Source: a virus. Taken from it: a DNA stretch of 64,000 bases. Location of the stretch: positions 7,325-71,324 of IMG/VR virus record IMGVR_UViG_3300037245_002727. One strand, written 5' to 3'. A program made the translations under genes and the position numbers. Positions within the stretch are counted from its first letter, which is position 1; the number at the start of each line of letters is the position of its first letter. The notes under the pieces were generated by a model. That model saw nothing but the letters and a program-made list of their open reading frames with translations. It searched no databases and had not been told where the DNA came from. Shown here one piece after another: positions 58,731 through 64,000 of the stretch.

Positions 58731-61700
58731 TTATAACATATTTTTAAATCCTGTAGCATTGAGAGTTCTGAAAAAGTTAGACATGCCTCGCTTAAAGTGC
58801 TTTTTATTTTCAGGATTACGGTGAGTAGATGATGGATGAATACACCAACAAACCCACATTCCATACTCTTCGAGCCATTGAGTAGTTCCGTTTAATGCAG
58901 TAATGCCAGATAGTTTGCCGGTGAAGTAATACAAGGCATTATTTCCGAATGCTATAGAGATAACTGGTTTGACTTTCTTTAACTCTTTATTAAGCCATAA
59001 TGAACAAGCGTCTATTTCTATTGCGCTTACGTCATTGTGTCTTGGCATACATTTGTTTATAGTTGTAACATAGAAATGTTTCGGGTAGTACTTTCTTTTT
59101 TTCATTGCATTCCAAATAACTTTACTACCCTTGGATTCTTCAATGACTGCAATGTTGAACTCTCCAAGTTTCGGAGCAATGGTGACTGGAGAGTTTATTT
59201 TTAAATCGCAAGCAGTACATTTCCAAAGTTTTTTCATGAATCTTTTTCTTAAATCGAAAGAAGGTTCCTGAATTAACTTCTCCCAATCAAAATGCTTCTT
59301 GAGATATTTATAGTCACCTGCCAGGGCAAGTTCTAAATGCCTTGCTCTCAATGTGTTTCCGGATAACTCATAGAGTTTTTTGTATTGCTGCTTTGGACTG
59401 GTAGATATTCGGAAACTGAAGTACTTCTTTAAAGTCCTGGTTGGGATTGTTTTTTCCTTCTCTCGATAGGCATCAATATTGAGTAATGTTTTTGCCAGTG
59501 CATCATCGTGCGGTTTCGTGACACCAAAGAGACTTGCAGTCATTCTTGTTTGCTTTGCTTCATGTGCTTTGACTTCACCCAATCCTTCTACTTCTCTGAA
59601 AGGTATGTATAACTTGTCTTCTTTTGCTACCCACTTAGTTGCCTGAGTTTCTCCTTTAACCATAGGAGGTATTAGCTCAAGCCCTACCCTGTAAGCTTCT
59701 TCAACTAACTCTTTCTTTTTATCTTTCGCGCCGAAAGTAAGAGAGGAGCAAATGAATTCTGTTGGGTAGTAATGTTTTATCCAAGCACACCAATAGGCAA
59801 TGGTAGCATACTCGACCGAGTGAGCTAAGTTGAAACCGTACTTTGCCCAACTTTGCAATCCTTGCCAGAACGTTTTTGCTTCTTTTCGTAAAAGAGTTTT
59901 TTCTGAACGGCAGCCATTGACAAATTGCTTCTTATATTTGGCAAATTCTTTCGGGTCTCTTTTTTTTCCGATGATTTTCCGAATTTTATCTGCCGTACTA
60001 TACGGTAGTCCAGCGACTTTGTGGATAACGGCCATAACTTGTTCCTGGTATACGAGTAACCCATATGTATTCTGTGTAATGGTCTCATATATAGCGTGTT
60101 TCGCATTCCATTTTCCTCCGTTCTTTCGAAGTATGTAGTCATTAGTCATTCCAGAACCAAGTGGACCGGGCCTTGACAGGGCAATGACTGCCACGATATC
60201 GTTAAATACTTCTATAGGCATTTGATCAATTAATGACTTGGTAGCATAACCTGTTACTTGAAATAAACCAATAACATTTCCTTGATTAATATCACTTATA
60301 ACTTTACTATCATCCAGTGGAATGTCTTCAAAGATAATCTTTTTATCATAATTATCTTGTATTAAATCGCGAGTCATACCGAGAATGCTCAACATTTTGA
60401 GAGATAGGATATCTAACTTCATCAAACCCATGTACTCTGTATCATCTTTCTCCCAGTTAACCATTTGCATTCCATCTCGAATGATAATATTGCATCTTCC
60501 AGATGTTCTTATATTCCTTTTACTAATAACTAGTCCGGCGGCATGTTTACTTCTCGTCCTGATTTGACCTTCTAACTTTCTCGCAAGTTTAATTATTTCA
60601 GGATACTTCATAGAGTACTCAATGCCTTCAGGACTTTCAAGGGCAATGTCTAATCCGTTTTCCATTTCACGGTCGATTGTTTTGGTGAACTCATTTGTCT
60701 CATGGTCATTGATTTGAAATACTCTCGCCACATCTTTGATTGCTGCCCTTGACTTCATTCGATTGAAAGTGCTTATACCTGCTACATGATTTTTTCCATA
60801 CTTCTGTTCCAGGTAGGCAATCGCTGCTTTGATTTTGGTATGCTCAATGTCTATATCTATATCGGGAAAGTCAATTCTGTCTTCTGTGATAAAGCGTTCA
60901 AAGGGCAGGTCCCATTCAATCGGGTCGATTGTAGTAATGCCTAGCAAGTAGGCAACGAGACTGCATCCAACAGAGCCACGACCGGGACCAACTAAGACGT
61001 TGTTACCCTTGCACCATTCGATAAAATCTTCGACAATGATAAAATATCTTAGAAATTTTTTGCCTTCAATTACATTCATCTCTCGTTCGTATCTTGCCTG
61101 GTATTCTGGCATTTCACTGAATTTCTTGTCAAAGTTTCGAAGCATACCTGTTCCACAAGCAATCCCAATGTATTCTCTTTCCATAGATCTGTGTACGCCT
61201 TTACGAGGTAGCATTACTTTTTTGGGAGTGAGTCGAAAGTCTTCGCACTTCTCTGCAATCTCCATAGTATTAGTGAGATATTTCTTTTTGCCGATACCTT
61301 GCTTCTTCATTGCGGAGAACATATTTTTCGAAGACTTCAGGTTCAATGTGTTGATTTCAAACTTCCATCTTTTTTCATTGTTCCAGGTTGTTTTTGTTTG
61401 GATTGCGAGTAGTACTTCTTGAGCCTTGGCATCACTCCGGTTGACATAGTGGCAGTCATTAGATACGAAAATGTTTCGTCCGAACTTCTTGGCAAGCTTA
61501 ATTACTTTCTTGTTATGCTCTCTTTGCCAGTCAGTATCCATAGGCATTACTTCAAAGTAAAGGTCTTCACCGATCTTTTTGTTAATGGCTTTCAAGAACT
61601 CTAATCCCGCATCCATGTTGACAAACGATGCAGGGCAAGCGGTAGCAATGATTAATCCTTCAAGGTGTTCGAGAAGGTAGTCAAAGGTAACTCGTGGCTT

Positions 61701-62030
61701 GTAGTAAAAGCCTTTATCATTGGCAAAGGAGAGAATCTTACATAAGTTATTAAAGCCTGTTTTATTTTTAATGAGTGTCAGTAAATGGCCTTGCTTCCGA
61801 GTCTTGGCAATTTTAGGAATGACGTATAGCTCGCATCCAGAAATTGGGATTACTTCATTCGCTACACAAGCTTTCTGGAATTGAATCAATCCGTCTATAC
61901 TACTATGGTCGGTGCAAGCTAAATGACTATACCCCATCTCGGAAGCGCGTTTGGCATAAGCATTAACATTGCCAAAACCGTCAAGGGTAGAGTATTCGGT
62001 ATGCACATGAAGATGAGTGAAGTCAATCAT
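58731..62030 (-). CDS. dnaE: DNA polymerase III alpha subunit with a C-terminal UDG-like domain
   Basis: PHP domain HLHVHTEYS.LDG; GPGRGS; FPDIDID; KHAAG; KLDILSL; YQEQVM; YGFNLAHS. Confidence 0.93.
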   Translation of the reverse strand: MIDFTHLHVHTEYSTLDGFGNVNAYAKRASEMGYSHLACTDHSSIDGLIQFQKACVANEVIPISGCELYVIPKIAKTRKQGHLLTLIKNKTGFNNLCKILSFANDKGFYYKPRVTFDYLLEHLEGLIIATACPASFVNMDAGLEFLKAINKKIGEDLYFEVMPMDTDWQREHNKKVIKLAKKFGRNIFVSNDCHYVNRSDAKAQEVLLAIQTKTTWNNEKRWKFEINTLNLKSSKNMFSAMKKQGIGKKKYLTNTMEIAEKCEDFRLTPKKVMLPRKGVHRSMEREYIGIACGTGMLRNFDKKFSEMPEYQARYEREMNVIEGKKFLRYFIIVEDFIEWCKGNNVLVGPGRGSVGCSLVAYLLGITTIDPIEWDLPFERFITEDRIDFPDIDIDIEHTKIKAAIAYLEQKYGKNHVAGISTFNRMKSRAAIKDVARVFQINDHETNEFTKTIDREMENGLDIALESPEGIEYSMKYPEIIKLARKLEGQIRTRSKHAAGLVISKRNIRTSGRCNIIIRDGMQMVNWEKDDTEYMGLMKLDILSLKMLSILGMTRDLIQDNYDKKIIFEDIPLDDSKVISDINQGNVIGLFQVTGYATKSLIDQMPIEVFNDIVAVIALSRPGPLGSGMTNDYILRKNGGKWNAKHAIYETITQNTYGLLVYQEQVMAVIHKVAGLPYSTADKIRKIIGKKRDPKEFAKYKKQFVNGCRSEKTLLRKEAKTFWQGLQSWAKYGFNLAHSVEYATIAYWCAWIKHYYPTEFICSSLTFGAKDKKKELVEEAYRVGLELIPPMVKGETQATKWVAKEDKLYIPFREVEGLGEVKAHEAKQTRMTASLFGVTKPHDDALAKTLLNIDAYREKEKTIPTRTLKKYFSFRISTSPKQQYKKLYELSGNTLRARHLELALAGDYKYLKKHFDWEKLIQEPSFDLRKRFMKKLWKCTACDLKINSPVTIAPKLGEFNIAVIEESKGSKVIWNAMKKRKYYPKHFYVTTINKCMPRHNDVSAIEIDACSLWLNKELKKVKPVISIAFGNNALYYFTGKLSGITALNGTTQWLEEYGMWVCWCIHPSSTHRNPENKKHFKRGMSNFFRTLNATGFKNML

Positions 62031-62425
62031 TTTGTCTCCTGCTTCAGTATCGCTTCTTTTATTTGTAATGCTGTTCGTTCCCAGGTTGTTAGTGATAGAT
62101 ACATAGTAATCCATGTCGCCGCACTATCACTACCGTCGATACGAATGACTATATAAAATGACCTGTCAACATGGTAACGAGCTATAGATATATGACCTTG
62201 TTTTATATCCGGGTACAAATTTGTCTTAACAGATATTCGTCCTCCCATTAAAAAACCCAACTCGTGCTTCATTGCTTCGATACAAGCTTTCCTGTAAACG
62301 GTTTCGTAATGCTGTGGAGTCTCAAAGATTATGACTAGTGCATGTTTGTCTATAACCTGTTGCGCGGTTTGGCTTGCACAAGCCGTCAGTAAAAAGATTA
62401 AAGTTACGAGTAGTAATTTTTTCAT
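62027..62425 (-). CDS. Lipoprotein
   Basis: Lipobox LLTAC. Confidence 0.65.
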   Translation of the reverse strand: MKKLLLVTLIFLLTACASQTAQQVIDKHALVIIFETPQHYETVYRKACIEAMKHELGFLMGGRISVKTNLYPDIKQGHISIARYHVDRSFYIVIRIDGSDSAATWITMYLSLTTWERTALQIKEAILKQETK

Positions 62426-62703
62426 TTTCTTCTCCTGAATTTTAGTTTAACTGATTCTATTTGTCTCTTCGGCCAACAATGATTAACTGCTTTTTCGTGA
62501 TACTTGTCTTGACTACAGTAACCGAGGCAAATACTAATACTGCCAAGTAATCCAGGTTTGACAATAGATTTCGATAAACCTGCTTTGCAGAAATGCATAC
62601 TTGATTTTTTCCATTGACTACATAAGATATTAAAGCAGCATTCCCCAGGGTGATTCATATTTATGTAGTCAATGTCTTCTTGCTCAAGATTGCTATTTCT
62701 CAT
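62422..62703 (-). CDS. Cys-rich hypothetical protein
   Basis: Start MRNSN after GAGGAG. Confidence 0.55.
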   Translation of the reverse strand: MRNSNLEQEDIDYINMNHPGECCFNILCSQWKKSSMHFCKAGLSKSIVKPGLLGSISICLGYCSQDKYHEKAVNHCWPKRQIESVKLKFRRRK

Positions 62704-62983
62704 GATTTCTCCTCTTATAGAGAAACGCGACGTCAAGGAGGCCATAAGGTATCGGTGGCAATCCAGTTAGGAATAATGAATTGCCGACTGAGTGAAGTAC
62801 TCCGTTCTTGTAAAGAAGTCCCAGGTAGTGAAGACTATCTACTGTATATGACCAGAACCCTTTGCGCCAAAAAGCATAGACAACATGTGAGTTATCTATG
62901 ACTGCTCGAACATGAATCCGTTCTGGATGATTGCCAGATATTCTGTAGCAATAGCCAGGTTTTATTTTGATACGTCTTGGCAT
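62693..62983 (-). CDS. Hypothetical protein
   Basis: Co-directional ORF. Confidence 0.5.
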   Translation of the reverse strand: MPRRIKIKPGYCYRISGNHPERIHVRAVIDNSHVVYAFWRKGFWSYTVDSLHYLGLLYKNGVLHSVGNSLFLTGLPPIPYGLLDVAFLYKRRNHEK

Positions 62984-63213
62984 TGGTCCTCTCTTTCTTT
63001 TGAAGTAAAAGTAATTTTGTTGGTGGCGAGAACGCGGATAAGATCATACGCCGACATTTGTTTTAATCTTGGTATAGTAAAACAAGAAGCAGCGCCACCG
63101 GCTTTGACTACAGATTGAAGTAAATCATGTAGCATTCCAGTCCTCGCCATGAGATGCCTCATCTGCATTTCGAATCTTAACTTCCTTATATATGCTTTCA
63201 CCTTGGGTTTCAT
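62962..63213 (-). CDS. Hypothetical protein
   Basis: SD AAGGAG. Confidence 0.55.
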   Translation of the reverse strand: MKPKVKAYIRKLRFEMQMRHLMARTGMLHDLLQSVVKAGGAASCFTIPRLKQMSAYDLIRVLATNKITFTSKEREDQCQDVSK

Positions 63214-64000
63214 TTACTTGTCTCCTTCCATAATGTGGTAGATGGTTAAGAAAAGTCCTGACCTACCTACCCAATACCATGAATCCCAGCAGTTATCCAT
63301 AATCATCGCTGCCCGCTTGTGTGGTTTGCCTTGAAGTACTTTTGCCATGTAGTTCATAATAGCTCTGCGAACTCTTTCAGCATCCTCTTCAATCTCTTTA
63401 GCTACCTTCATTGTTTCCTTATATGAAGCACCTTTAAGAAGATGTTGGCAAAGTAGATTTATCTTCGGAGAGTCTTCTAACTGAAAATTTTCGATGATAA
63501 TCTTTTGGCTATCAGAGTCTTCATGACCTTGAAGATCATTGAGCAGAACCAAAGCAGATCTTGGAACGCCTTCAGCGGCATGTACTACTCTTTTAATCAT
63601 CCGGTCAGACAAGTCAATCTCTTCTTTTTTACTTACCCTTGTAACTAACTTGGTCATCACTTCGGAGTCAAGGGTAGTAATAAGATATGGTGTTACCCTT
63701 GTCTTGATTGCCGGAAGCAATTTCTGTGGGTCGGTAGTACATAAAATGAAGTAGGTATTTTCCGGTGGCTCCTCCATTATTTCGAGCAAAGCATCTTGGA
63801 AATGCTTCACTGCTTCATGACATTCATTCAAGATGATTACTTTGCCTTTACCTTCGAGCGGGGCATATCTCAAAGCCTCAATAATCTCTCTGGCATCGTC
63901 AATCTTTCGAGAGTCTGCTACATTTATTTCAGTGATTTGAGAATAACTTATGTTTAGCTTGTTGGCAATAATTCTGGCAAAGGTAGTCTTGCCGCAGCCA
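63214..64000 (-). CDS. DnaX/HolB-like clamp-loader subunit (5' end outside the window)
   Basis: Walker A GCGKTTFARI at the window edge; KVIILNECH, ALL..MEEPP, FILCTTDPQKL and G.PR.AL motifs. Confidence 0.85.
   Translation of the reverse strand, partial: GCGKTTFARIIANKLNISYSQITEINVADSRKIDDAREIIEALRYAPLEGKGKVIILNECHEAVKHFQDALLEIMEEPPENTYFILCTTDPQKLLPAIKTRVTPYLITTLDSEVMTKLVTRVSKKEEIDLSDRMIKRVVHAAEGVPRSALVLLNDLQGHEDSDSQKIIIENFQLEDSPKINLLCQHLLKGASYKETMKVAKEIEEDAERVRRAIMNYMAKVLQGKPHKRAAMIMDNCWDSWYWVGRSGLFLTIYHIMEGDK

Overview
A 64-kb stretch of an AT-rich tailed dsDNA phage (siphovirus-type tail); I see no integrase, tRNA or CRISPR. There are three gene blocks. (1) A leftward block (14.5 kb to 1): about 25 mostly short accessory ORFs, then an SF2 helicase, a primase-like gene and a truncated HTH replication protein. 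(2) A rightward morphogenesis block (16.4-53.3 kb): TerS/TerL, portal, a 7.5-kb run of small ORFs, gpF-like protein, scaffold, capsid, head-tail genes, two tail-tube paralogs, a frameshifted chaperone, tape measure and a lambda-like tail tip. (3) A leftward replication block (64-53.3 kb): DnaX-like clamp loader, DnaE with a C-terminal UDG-like domain, gp32-like SSB, RecA/UvsX, 5'-3' exonuclease and HNH. The most unusual feature is at 4.6-14.2 kb. Here 18 copies of a 60-70-bp imperfect palindrome sit at or next to the upstream stop codon and just ahead of the next gene's SD leader, dividing the accessory genes into integron-like cassettes. The copies show compensatory base changes and mixed combinations of loops and leaders. 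Directly upstream is a roughly 700-nt ORF-free, densely base-paired region behind a candidate sigma70 promoter, a possible large structured ncRNA. All family assignments come from motif recognition by eye; no database searches were run.
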